In this document: piece after piece, positions 26,723-39,341 of the stretch | How positions within the stretch are numbered: the stretch's first letter is position 1 | How the letters are laid out: each line of letters starts with the position of its first letter | Origin: Raillietiella orientalis | Lineage: Eukaryota | Direction: 5' to 3' | Length of the DNA stretch: 64,000 bases | NCBI GenBank assembly: GCA_036172245.1 | Contig: JAYWIR010000082.1 | Location: 1-64,000 of the forward strand | Program-made: the position numbers and the translations under genes | The notes under the pieces: model-generated | Databases searched by the model: none | Told to the model about the DNA's origin: nothing | What the model saw: only the letters and a program-made list of their open reading frames with translations

Positions 26723-27710
26723 AGCTCGTTGATGCAGAAAAATCTCACAAAGTAGCTGCATTTCCAGTTAAGCATCATCTGCTGGTCTCCCCTAAGTATG
26801 TGGAACCGAAATCCCTGGTGTGCATTTCATCCGTTTGATAACTTTAGGGAACACAGGATTTTCACCCATCCGCATTTGAACAAGTGCGATGTTTTGTATC
26901 ATCGATTAAGTTCGTGTTCAAAGAACTTTCTCGTGTTCGATGCTTTGAGCATCAAGTCAAACGAGAGAGAATGAACATCGAGCACTTTTCGTCAAGAAAA
27001 GGAATGCGCGAATGCACTGAGATGCTTGCTGTTCTTCTTTACATTGAATGTTCTTCAAATTTGCTGTTGTTGATTCGGCCCTTACGGCAGCTGTGTAGTT
27101 AACAGTCATGCAAAGCAATTGAAATGCGGTCTGATGAAGAAGGCGAGCCTATGCATGGGAACGTCGTGTTAGTGACAGGTCAAATATATTGGTGCTCCAC
27201 AAGAGGATAGCATTTCTTTCGGACACTTGGCAGTATTGCAATGAAGAGCTCTTCACTTCATGCTCAGCGATTGAAAAGAGTGGGAAGTGACCAGCAGTGG
27301 GATTGTTCGTAGCATGAAGCATGCCCAGTCATCAATGGAAATTTTCATCTGCACAACATGGCACTCTTGAAAGATTTGGGAAAAAATCGAGAATTTTGGA
27401 AATGGATTGGCTTGAACTGCTGACCGGATGATTAGCAGCATGCTTCTGAATGTGCAGACGTGGAATCGGAAGGAAATCCATTAGTTTGTATTGGTCCATA
27501 GACTGAAGCATTCTTGGAAGGTCAAACGGAGTGATGGGACGATGAAACGGAGCGGTTTTACACGGTTTACCGCTCTGAATACAAAAATAAGTGTTTTGAG
27601 CATAACCGTTCATCTCCATTGATTGAGGCGACCAAGTTTTTTTTCAATCAGCTGGGTGCACAGAATCAAAGGTGGGCTACTCGGGTGGAATGAGGTGACA
27701 AGAAAAGATG
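26723..27710 (+). pseudogene. Older diverged duplicate of the DHODH exon 2 3' part plus ~0.9 kb of intron 2
   Basis: Colinear with 39374-40361 (GATGCAGAAAAATCTCACA...GTGACAAGAAAAGATG) with many substitutions. It has no other DHODH exons. Confidence 0.92.
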
Positions 27711-28451
27711 TGCGTGCGGCTAATGCGAACCCAACCGCTCCGTGGCGTCAGTTTCTTCTGCCTGAGCAGTCGATCCCGCGACTCCTGCTGCCACGCGCGG
27801 AAGCCTTAACCACAAAGCCTCCGACGCGGGCACTCGCCATTTTCCCCAATCCCACATGGGGTGGGGTGAATTTATTTCCTCATTCATTCACGCTGCATGC
27901 TGGAAGTGACGAAAGTCACCGCCGCACTTGCACTTTGAAAAGTGACTGCGCTTAGGTATGCACTGGGGGAAAACAGGAGTTGAGTGTGCCTGGACGATGT
28001 CCTAGATCCAGGCAGGCACTTTTCCGCAGTTTCTTGTTCCTGTCTCTTTCCGGATGAGTCCCGAATCAGAAAGAACCCAAATGCCTTCCCTACAAACGTA
28101 CCTTATTCGTGCCTGCATCAGGGAGACGTTTGTAAATGGATTTGCATCTTTTATAGCCACGACGCACAGTAGTCTTCCTGCAGTGGCACTTTAGCGCTTC
28201 TCCCCACCAACCGCACGCCCTTAGTTTACTCGCAAACCTTGTCGTTCCCTCCCACAGTCCTAGCTAGGGTCAGCCAAATCTCCAGCTTTCGGTATTCGAC
28301 TCACTTATCTTCGTGGAAGGGCTTTTTCCAATTGCTGAAAAAAACATCCAATATTTGCTGGCATCTAAACTAGAATGCACATCAAGAAGAAAGTGACTTG
28401 AATTTCTTATTCGTTTAGTGTACCCAAGATAATACCAATATCCAGTGTTTT

Positions 28452-28837
28452 TGGACGCATTTTGTTACATATAAATGCATAAAATGGATGTGTACGGACT
28501 GCGTGGAAGTGTGACTGTTCCTACGAAGGCAAAAACACGCTCGTGATCAATCCGGATGAATGTATTGATTGCGGATACCTGAATGCCCAGTGGATGCAAT
28601 TGTAACCGATGGCTCCACAAAAGGTACTTTGGAATTAGATGAGGAGTCACTGAGCAGCGAACAAGAAACTTTCAATTTCTTCCAACGATATAAGTGCAGA
28701 ATACTCGAAAAAGTGGCCAAATATGACAGCAACCCCTGCAACCAAAGAGCAATTTCAAAAGCAGCCTCTGGATACTGCAGAAGAGCATGTAGAAAAAAAT
28801 GGACAAAGCAGCTTATTGTGATGAAAATCTGAGGTAG
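28452..28837 (+). pseudogene. fdxA: Bacterial (Wolbachia/Rickettsiales-like) 7Fe/4Fe-4S ferredoxin pseudogene
   Basis: [74 protein letters not shown]. It has lost its start codon and carries stops and indels, and has no introns. Confidence 0.88.
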
Positions 28838-29054
28838 CGTTACTGAGGGGAGAAAGAAACTTCTTGTATCTCGCGCTATCTGTTTTTGGTTTTGGTCGAA
28901 ATGGTTGCATTTTTGGGGTTTTCCATATTATTCCATACCAAACTGATGCTAATCCGTTAAAACGCAGTAGAACGGAAATTGTCAAATTTTCGGTGAATCT
29001 AAATTACTTCAGCAGGTTTCTATTGAAGATAGGAGCACCTTTCATAGCAAAATA

Positions 29055-29740
29055 TAGAGCGCTTGTGGTTGCAACCACAGCAATTTCAAGTGGGGGATTC
29101 TCTCGTGAAAGGGAAATTCTCGTCGCTGATGAGCGGAAAAGCAGTGAAGAAGGCACTTGATTGTCTTTCATATAATGCAATAGAAATAGATGTTGATATC
29201 GACATTTTTGAAAAGCTGAAAAAAGCTGATTCTGATTTTGGTTTTATTGCTCTGCATGGATCTTCCGGAGAAGATGGCTGCATTCAAGGTTTATTATAGA
29301 TTTTAGGTATAAAATAGACACATTCAGGAGTCATGGCTTCGGCTGTCGCTATGAACGAAGCAATGTCCAAGCATGTATTTCAGTCCTCGGTATTGATACC
29401 CCAAAGGGTCACGTAATTACTCGAGAAGATATGCGAAAAGACAACATCAAAATTGGCTGTCCGTACGTCCTGATGACCGATCATTGAAGGCTCAAGCGTA
29501 GGACTTTTTTTTTTTTTAATTTTCTCGCTCGTCTCAGATTAAAAAAACGTGCTTGCTGTCAATCCAGCGCGTGACGCTGCAATTCAGGAAGCAGAATGGT
29601 CATCCACTTGAATGACAAGGGATTATAGAAGTTTGTGGATCGGGTGTAGAGTTACACACGGCTGCATTGCTAGATGTATCCGAATGGAAAACCAAAAAAG
29701 AATGGCAACTATGAATGCTAACGGCTAACCATGGATTAGA
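29055..29740 (+). pseudogene. ddl: Bacterial (Wolbachia-like) D-alanine--D-alanine ligase pseudogene, 3' truncated
   Basis: [96 protein letters not shown], with multiple stops and frameshifts. Confidence 0.92.
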
Positions 29741-30599
29741 AATAGAAAAAAGGATGAATGTCGATAGCCTATCATTCTAGCATTAATAAAAAAAAGCAGC
29801 CGATGGGCCCCTAACTTTGAGTGACAAGAATCTCACTACTTTTCACGAATTGAATGAAAATTCAAGACTTTCTACAGTTTGCATGTTTTCAGTCAGCCAG
29901 CACAGGCAATGAATTGCTGCTTCTAAATACGAGTGCGTTTGTTTGTTTTTTTTAAAGAAGGATTGTCCATAGGTTGCTCCTAGGCTTGAGCATCAATAGT
30001 GTTATTGATTTTGGCAACCCAGTGTTTTCAACTTGGTGTTTTTTGATTTTATTAAGCAAAGGTTTGCTATGCATGGAATGAAAAGCTTTTTGGAAGATGA
30101 AATCAGCCCTGAGTGGATGAAGCGTTAGAAAAAAAGAACTTCCAGATGAGACTTGTGATCAAGAGTTAGAAAAAGGCATGGGAGATATTCCAGAGTCCCC
30201 TGTTGGAAAGAAAGAAAATCGTAGCATTCTATAATTTTCTCACAAATGGGAAGGAATTGGTCCAGGCCGGAATGGGAACGGTTACCATATCGCTTTGAAA
30301 TGGTGCACATCCAAAGGATCGAATTTCAGGTACCAATTGTCTTGGAGGAGGAATTGCAACGGGAGTGGTGAGCAAAGTGTTGAAAGTATTAAGACCGTGG
30401 TGATGCGGGATGATTAACGGCATGTAAATTACCTCCTTGCAGTGAAGCAAGAGCATCGAGCGTGCAAAAGGGTCATTAAGATCCCATGTGAATTGGAGTA
30501 TAATGCTGTTTTGCATCCGTGTAGTTAATTTTTTTGACTTTATAAACAAGAGATAAGAAATCCGTGATAATAATCATGTCGATGGATACGTTCATGCCC

Positions 30600-31138
30600 T
30601 TCACGCATGAGCCGGACGTGTTTGGCGCGGTTTTGACGTATGGAGTGCGTTCCCCTCCATGCGCACTTGAAGGCGCTCGCGTGTCCACGCTCGCTCTTCG
30701 CTTCCCTGGACACCGTTGTCCAGGTGCCGCCTTCTTCCCCTGGATTCTCCCCAGACTTCTTTCCAGGGGTAACGCTTTCCTCCGCCGCGCCCTCTTCTTC
30801 CGCGGAGTTCGCCTCGCGAGTCGGGGGCTGTTCCCAATTAGGGCGAGAAGCCTCTGCTGGGTTTGCAGGGCATACCCGACTCCGAGAGACAGAGGCCGTT
30901 CTTCCCGTGTTTTTTTTGTTATTTGTTTATTTATTGTCCCCTTCATCTGTTCTTTACTTGTATGGAAGCCGGCCTGCTTGCCGGTGGTCGTCGCCGACGA
31001 ACTTCTTTCACTTTTTGTTTTTTTCTCGGGAGGGAGGCGGGGGAGAATCTTTTGTATTCAGGGGACGCCGTTTCCTCCCTCCTTCCGGAATTGTGGTTTA
31101 TTTTTTAAATAAGCATCCCGGCGTCACCAGGTGAAAAC
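30600..31138 (+). mobile_element. Diverged L1/Tx1-like 3' end (mirror ~45856-46394)
   Basis: RRALFFRG resembles RRLFLRN. T-rich UTR, hairpin CCGGC-CTGCTT-GCCGG and terminal AAATAAGCATCCCGGCGTCACCAGGTGAAAAC. Confidence 0.5.
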
Positions 31139-33287
31139 CACCTTCGCATCGGAATCGCTTCGCAACCAATCGTCCAGCAGGGAACAACAACAACCTCTGC
31201 TTCCCGGAGACGGTGTTCGGGAAGGCGACGAAGGAGCGGGCCGGCTCCGAGGAGCTGACGAAAAGGGCACGTGAGGCACGGGCCGCGCCGCCAAGGAACA
31301 GCAACAGTCGAGAATCGACGCGCTCTTCCCGTCGCGGTCCAAGGGAGAGCGCCCTTGAAGTAAGGAGCAGCACCACTCCCAGCGGAGCTCCGACGGGCTT
31401 CAAGGTCATCCAGCGAGCAGTGCAGGTGCTGCGCCCACGGTCATCGAATGAGTGGTGTGGGCGCGCGCGCTTCCGACTTTGAGGCCTGCCGTCGCGGTGC
31501 TCTGCCACGCGCGAGACCTTGCGTATGGCCGGCGCATGGAAGAGGCGCGCGCGCGCTCGTGTCGCGAGGATGCACCAGGCTTTCTCCGAATCCTGCCGGG
31601 AAGGGAGTCTGCCGAACAAGTTCGCTGGATGGAGTAGACCTCCAGAAGGTAGCCTTCCCAGAGTTCCTCGCAGTTCCCAATCCTGAGTGTGCGCTCTCAG
31701 GAGTTAGATCGTCTGCTAGTGGAGACACCAGTCGTTCGGAAGGTGCCGGGGGTTGGCCGGAGGTCGAGGGCGCCAGCACCTACCGGTTAGCTCGCGTGGA
31801 TGGTCGGAGAGCGACCGATGGGAGCAAGCAGGCGCGTTCCGCCACCCGCGATTGGAGGTGCTTGCGTACGTGCCCGGCCAGTCAGCTGCTGAAGTCCGCG
31901 TTCGCACGGAAGAGTCCCCGCCGCGGAACCAAGCCGTCCCCGCTGTCGGCCCCCACGGACGACGGGGAAGACCTTTCCGCTAGGCCGCAGAGTGGCGTGC
32001 TTTCCACCCCGCTCAAGTTTGACGACTTTCAACCGTCCTGCTTCGGAGGGGAGGGGGAACGGAAGCCTGTGGGAAGCCAGCCATCCCTTCAGGGACGTTT
32101 GGCGGAGGGAAATGGACATCCAGGCATTTCTGGAAGGACGATCGGGTTCGATCTTCCGCCTGGAGTCTGCGAGAGCGCTCATCCTCGCTGCCGGACTCAG
32201 CCGACACAATCGCTTCCGCAGCGCATCCCCCGCGTGGACTACGCGTGCTCGTCTGAATAAAGGCAGTCGCTTGAAAAGGTCACGAAAAAAACAAAGTCGG
32301 ATGGATGTGTTGCACCAGAACAGAATGGAAACAGCAAGAAAATTGGCTTGCCACGTTCCGCCCAAATTGCAACATTCCAAAATTCACCCAAATTTTCACG
32401 CATTTCCATTCCAAATTCACCCAAAGTTCGACGCACGCTAAGCACGATGGATGGATGATGCCCGGCTACGAGCGCATGACTGTAAACTTGTTTCCCATGC
32501 TACCGAACAGGAAATTCGCTGGTCTTGTAAACAGCCCTTCTCCTCCAGTGCCGGAAACTGACGCGAAGAAAATAGAACATAAACTCCACAATGCAGTGAT
32601 GAAATCTTCTCTGATGCTTGCCAAGCAAGTAGGTGATTCTCAATTCAAAGAGCACAGGTGAAACAAAACAGGCGACGCGACAGCAAGAATCACGATGCAA
32701 TCAACTACGATATGCGTTCGAACCGATTTCGCACTGCCAACCATGTGCTGGTTGGCTCGCTTGCCACTGTGGGGTCACCCAATAGAAATAAGGTTAATGT
32801 GAATAAAGGCACATGGATGGCATGCCTACACATGTTCCCGTGTTCCATTTTGTGACCAGTGCAAACCGCAGCTGATCAAAAGTATGGACTCCTGAAACTC
32901 CAAGCTCGTGACATTCTTCAGCAACACCCTACACCATTGGTTGCAAATTTTTCCCAGTACGAGAGGGTCACTGTACATAACCTTTTACTAACTTTCACAG
33001 GAATCAAAAAATACTCTATTTCTGAACAACTGGATTCCAAAATTGATGCTTGGGGAGATGAGAGACTCGAGAATCATACGGCAGAGAGCTCCCTCTCAAA
33101 GCTCTGCTCAGCAAGAGCACGAGTGAATTTTTGGTGAATCTGCAAGTCACCCATGCAAGGGAAATCATGACTACCAACTTGAAGCACAAGTCATGATGCA
33201 CGTTAATCAGGAAAACTTGGCATACAGCGTTGCAGTCCATCCATTTCTGTTCTACCCACTCCGGTGCACGTTAAAAAGGAAGGTGGA

Positions 33288-34885
33288 TCAATAACGACGT
33301 CGTTTAATAATGTCCGGTTTCCACGTTATGGGGTGAGTCTCTTCAGTCTAAGGAAGAATGCTGACATGCAAACAATCGATGCAGATTGACTTACGGCAGT
33401 TTCATCCTCTCGGAAGATTTTGATGGTTTTATCGGCATCTGTTGTTATCAGCCTGCTGTTACTCAAATCAAATGTGAGTGAGAAAATTCCAGCTTCACTG
33501 TCCATGGACCCAGGCTGCACAGGGGCCTGGAGTCTTTGGAAATTGTATCCTGTGCGCCAATCCCAAAAATGAAGGGTGCCATTATCACCACCAGATACCA
33601 AAACACCATCGCTATTGACAGTCAGACAGTTAATGATGGCATTGTGCCCAACCAGATTTTGAATAAATCGTCCTTCGGGGCATTTCCACTGTTTGATGTT
33701 ATCAGGAGAAGCGGATGCAAACATGTACAGACTAGGATGCAAAATCACAGAACGAACGCTTTTCTTGTGGTTGGTCAGCGTTGTACGACATTTGCCTGCT
33801 GATAAATCCCACAGCCGGATAGTGCAGTCATGGCTTCCCGTGATGACTTCTGGTTCAGTTGCTTGGCAAACTACATCAGCAACTGTGTTAGTGTGGCCTG
33901 TCAGAGTATGTATATTGGCTTTGGTACGCATATCCCAAACACGGGCTACGGAGTCACGTCCACAAGTGACCAGCACATCAATGGTGGGATGCAAGTCAAT
34001 GCCATACACAGCACTCAAGTGACCATGATAATGGCGAATGACCTTATTGTACTCTAAATCCCAGCATTTGACCTGTCGATCTTCTCCACAACTGAACAAG
34101 TATGGCTGCCTTGGGCTGACAACAAGGCCTCGCACTGTGCTCACATGACCAGTTAAGGATAACTTGAGCTTCCCACTAGCTAGATCCCAGATCTAGCCAA
34201 ATCAACATTCTTGATGCATTCCAACACTCTTAAACAGGCTTACCTTGATAACTCGATCTGCAGCACCAGTGCAAAACCATTTGTTTTGTGGCTCCATAGC
34301 CACACAGCGAACCCATCCCAGATGACCACTGATTACTCTATGAAGCTTCCAAGGAGGATGCCAGGTAGGTTTGGGCATAGCAAGTGGTTTTCTAGGAACT
34401 ACAGCAGATGGGCTGGTCATAACAGTGGACTGAGGTGCTGGTGATTTTGGCACTCCTACTGGGGCAGGGACCAATGCTGTTTCGCTTGAAACATCATTTT
34501 CTGAGAAACAATGAAACAAAGTAAAGGTGCTCTCCCCCCCACTCCCACCCGCATCTATGCACACCAACCTTTCAGCTGTTCTTCCTCAACAACATGGACT
34601 TTTTTTTCTTTAGACACTAGATGGCGTACTGCCTGGTAGAAATCTCGCGTCTTGCATGCTAATCGCAAACTGTGCCTAAAGAACACCACTTTAGAGTGCA
34701 GGCAGATAATTCCTGAAATATTACCCTTTAGGATCAAGAGGAGCAAGGTTGCCTTGATCAGACAGAAACATGTCATGGCTCCTCTTCAGTGATCGAAACA
34801 CCAACGTGTGCACAGAATGTCTCTGCACATCCTAAAAAATACTTAACACACAGAATTGTCAGCAACTTGCACTGACCTCCCCCAT
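33288..34885 (-). CDS. PLRG1: Pleiotropic regulator 1 / Prp46 WD40 splicing factor, left-arm copy (6 exons)
   Basis: Mirror of 42111-43708 with identical ORF translations. Confidence 0.95.
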
Positions 34886-35074
34886 GATCAGATGAACAGG
34901 AAGTGCTGACTGTCAGAACAGCAAACTGCAAAGAAACAGTGTGAGGGCAATTCATTGAAACGGTAAGGAGGTTATCAACGGGTCCAACCCTTCCTCCAAA
35001 GTAGAAAACAAAAACATGCTGTATCCCAGAAAATGAGCCTCATTTTCGATTTCCAAAAAAAATCCCCTTGACAA

Positions 35075-37653
35075 TCATTTCATCCCTGACTGCAAGGAGA
35101 GATCCACATCAACACCAACAGCATCTTCCAAACTTACGAAGCCATCAGCACTATAATGAACAAACAACAAGTAATCCAACATTCGCACAATGAAGCATTA
35201 AACCTCAAAAGTGCTTCGAGCTCTTGTTTAATTCGTGGTACCACAGGAGGACCATAGAATGCTAAAGCTGTATACAGCTGAATTAATGATGCCCCAGCTC
35301 GGATTTTTTCGTAAGCATCTCGTCCACTACTAACGCCTCCCACACCTATGATCGGTATTCTGCCTTGTGTAAGGAGATACATATCGGAAATCATCTTTGT
35401 AGACATCTCTCTCAATGGGGGTCCACTGAGACCTCCTTCCTCTTTTGAAAACCCATCCCGAAGATCAGGCCGTTCTACTGTTGTGTTACAAATCACCAAA
35501 CCATCCACCTGCACTACAGTGGCAGATCCGCTACATCAATGCTTACATACCGAAAGCTCTTTACACACTTGAGCAATCTCCTCTCTTTCATGAGGCTTGA
35601 GATCAGGAGCTAGTTTTAGTAAAATAGGCAGATTCTTGTGCCCAGATATGCTGTTCCTGGTTTCCAAAACAACAGTTAGCAATTCTCGTAATTTGCCTTG
35701 CAATTGAAAAGCACGCAAGCCCACAGTATTTGGACTAAATGAGAACTCGAAATCGATCCCACACTATTCCACTTACCTAGAAACATTGATTACAATATAA
35801 TCAGCAACATTCGAGAATAATTTCACCCCAGATATATAGTCTTCAACTGGAAAAACACTATTCTTGTTGCACCCCAAATTCACGCCAATAATTCCCTTAT
35901 AGCCAGAGCCACGTAATTTCATCAATCGCCTGTACACCTTCAAGTACCCATCACTATTGAAGCCATATCTACATATGCTAATCAAAAGAATGCAAATGAA
36001 TGGAAATTGTTACCTATTAATAATTGCCTTATCTTTGATCAGACGAAAAACTCGTGGGGGAGATGAACCCGGTTGAGGATGCATCGTAACAGAACCAACC
36101 TCCACCCAACCAAAGCCTAGCTTTATCAATCCGGTGCAGCATTCCCCTTGTTTGTCAAAACCTGCTGCTATTCCAATCGGGTTAGCAAACTGCAAACCCC
36201 AAACACATGTATTCTGGAACACAAGCAACTACCATAACCACACTGATGCAAAAAACAGATTGACCCAAACATGCAGCAACACCTGACAAATAGCATTATT
36301 GTGCTACTCCTTACAATATGAAGCACACCAAAGGAAAGAAGGTTGAGCATTCCGAATGCTGTGACAGCACAAATGTCAAAGAAAAGGGAAAAGGGTTGCA
36401 TGTTCCATGAACTTTTTGCCATGAATATACGCAGCAAGATGCACAGGATTTTCTATCCAGTGCAAGTAATCAATACAGGAATAAAATAAAGGAATTTTAT
36501 ATTCTTCAGAATCGATATTGAATTCCACTTCATGAGACCTTCATACATTCCAACTTCTTTAGCATGGATCAAACTCAGTCTGATCAACTCACTCCAATTG
36601 GCAAGGTACAACATCTTGCCACTTGCATCATCGGCATCTTTTCTTGTCACAATTCCACCTGAGTACCTCACCTTTCAATTTCTGCACTCAGATGATCAAA
36701 AAAAAAACTTCGTCACTTCAAGCATTGGAGATGAACAGTTATGCTCAAAACACTTATTTTTGTTTTCAGAGTGGTAAACCGTGTAAAACCGCTCCGTTTC
36801 ATCATCCCATCACTCCGTTTGACCTTCCAAGAATGCTTCAGTCTATGGACCTATACAAACTAATGCATTTCCTTTCAATTCCATGTCTGCACATTCAGAA
36901 GCATGCTGCTAATCATCCTGTCAGCAGTTCAAGCCAATCCATTTCCAAAATTCTCCATATTTTTCCAAATCTTTCAAGAGTGCCATGTTGTGCAGATGAA
37001 AATTTCCATTGATGACTGGGCATGCTTCATGCTACGAACAATCCCACTGTTGGTCACTTCCCACTCTTTTCAATCGCTGAGCATGAAGTGAAGAGCTCTT
37101 CATTGCAATACTGCCGAGTGTCCGAAAGAAATGCTATCCTCTTGTGGAGCACCAATATATTTGGCCTGTCACTAACACGACGTTCCCATGCATAGGCTCG
37201 CCTTCTTCATCAGACCGCATTTCAATAGGTTTGCATGACTGTTAACTACACAGCTGCCGTAAGGGCCGAATCAACAACAACAAATTTGAAGAACATTCAA
37301 TGTAAAGAAGAACAGCAAGCATCTCAGTGCATTCGCGCATTCCTTTTCTTGACGAAAAATGCTCGATGCTCATTCTCTCTCGTTTGACTTGATGCTCAAA
37401 GCATCGAACACGAGAAAGTTCTTTGAACACGAACTTAATCGATGATACAAAACATCGCACTTGTTCAAATGCGGATGGGTGAAAATCCTGTGTTCCCTAA
37501 AGTTATCAAACGGATGAAATACACACCAGGGATTTCGGATCCAAATACTTGGGGGAAAACAGCAGATGATGCTTAACTAGAAATACAGCTAACTTGTGAG
37601 ATTTTTCTGCATCAGTGAGCTGGATGAACGGCATAAGCAACCTGGTATAAAAT
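35075..37653 (-). pseudogene. DHODH: 5'-truncated DHODH copy lacking exon 1 and the start of exon 2; downstream frame intact, in-frame ATG at 37634
   Basis: Mirror of 39342-41921. Homology stops at the arm end inside exon 2. One substitution at 37615 changes Ile to Thr. Confidence 0.85.
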
Positions 37654-39341
37654 TTTTGCTCTTAAGAGATGCACACAGATGGATGACATTAATTTCAGAC
37701 CCACACCAAAGTGCAAGGGACTACAGGAAATAATGTCATCCATCTGAGAAATAAAAAATCGCGCACTCCTTAAAAAAGAAATGTTCATCTGTTTCTTTAT
37801 TTGATTTGAAATCCATAATTACAATATGCACTCTTTATAATAATCTTTTCAACATATAATTTTTAGATACAATTGGTGTGACAAACAAGTTTAGTAGGGT
37901 GTATAAAACGCTTACGTTTCGATATTGCCGAAGAAGAAGAGCATGAGCTAATTGGACAATCTGAATTCCCAAGAACTCTGAATGGACATTTAGCACGCTA
38001 GACACAGCAGAACACCAAAAATGAGCTGTAACATAATAACATGTCAATTAGTGCGCCTCGTTATTTTCGCATCTGATGGGTAGTCAGGATTCTCAAGAAT
38101 CGCGCTTTTTTCAATGGATTCATACATTCATACAGGATTCACTTCTAGCCTGTGTTTTCTATCTTTTCTCATTTTATATAGTTATCGTTTATTTGTTTTT
38201 CCTGGAATGCATTGTGATCAGTTATATATTATTTTGAGCATTGTTCGCAGATTTCTGGATTTGCTATTTTTGTTTAGATCTTAGATGTTTTTTTTCTTCT
38301 GTTTTTGCTTACATTCCTTTTCTGAAGGAACTTCAGTATTCTCCTATGCTTCCAGCTCCATGTCTTTACGATTACACGATTTATTTCAGACATTACTTAT
38401 TTATAATCCTGCCATTTCTTATGGAGTTTTCAGCACTGAAGCTCCTTATTTTGAAGTTAGCAGCATTCTCTAACAGTTTCTTTATAAGTATAATTAGTTA
38501 TCAAGAAACAGTTGCAGAACTGTATCGAAAACTATTACATTACATGCATTCGTAGGAGATTATACGAACAATGTTGCATTATTTTCCATGAAGTTGAAAT
38601 CCATTCTCCAACTAATTCTGATTGCTTGACTCCAAGTCAAGAAATTCCACTCAAGGTTTCGAAAAACATTTTAATCTGTCTTTCTTTGCTTACAATAAAA
38701 CAAATATCAAAGATTCTATCGAGAGTTGCTGTTGTTTAATATGATATCGTAAGACATTTGTGATAATCACACTCTATGAAAGATCCTGATGAAGTATGAT
38801 TTTTGAAGACACATTTGTAAGACGATCTACTACTCAAGCAAAAGGTGCTTATGTGATGATGACTTAAAATTTGTAGTAGAAATAAAGTGGTTGGGTTATC
38901 ATGGAATCAAGTACGAACATAAACTACACTTTGGGCCAGAGTACTCTAGGTATTCAAGCGAAACTTAATGCTCGGTTCTCGTCGAGTGCCCTGCAGTTTC
39001 ATTGATCACGTGATTGAGTTGGTGATCCTCTGAGTAGATGAGATCTGTTGTGAGTCGGTTTCCGTTTAAGAGCCAGTTGATAAGTTTTCGAAAAAGTTAC
39101 GGCCAGATGATTGTGATGTACATCTGCAGAATAACTCCATGAGTACATAAATGTTAGAAATGTTTCGTGGTAAATTGTCTTTCTGTGGTAACTTGATTTA
39201 TGAGTATTTTAATGTAAGATTATGCATATAGTTCATGCTCTCTTATCTGAATAATTTCTAGAAGCCAAAAACATGGTGCATTGTTGTGACTGGCGGTGTC
39301 TTGACTTTATCTGGCTTATGCTTTTATAGAGGAGAGGAGAC
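37654..39341. other. Unique AT-rich palindrome spacer (1688 bp) containing the DHODH upstream region and 5' end
   Basis: No mirror symmetry here. The DHODH N-terminal coding sequence is at its right edge. Confidence 0.9.

Larger units (their letters stand above)
14674..37653 (+). repeat. Left arm of giant inverted repeat (~23 kb)
   Basis: Its ORFs have mirrors in 39342-62318, nearly all identical in translation, with coordinate sums 76992-76996. Both junctions were read directly in the sequence. Confidence 0.98.

Noticed and set aside
28452..29740. Live bacterial contamination or a functional HGT gene
   Set aside because: Multiple stops and frameshifts, and embedding among eukaryotic repeats, indicate a dead insert.
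29900..30560. Coding-like decayed sequence after ddl, and similar stretches at 15050-15600 and 32440-33140
   Set aside because: I could not match them to any family by eye.
37835..38739. Spacer ORFs as a membrane-protein gene
   Set aside because: They are low-complexity AT-rich translations with no recognisable motif or splice structure.
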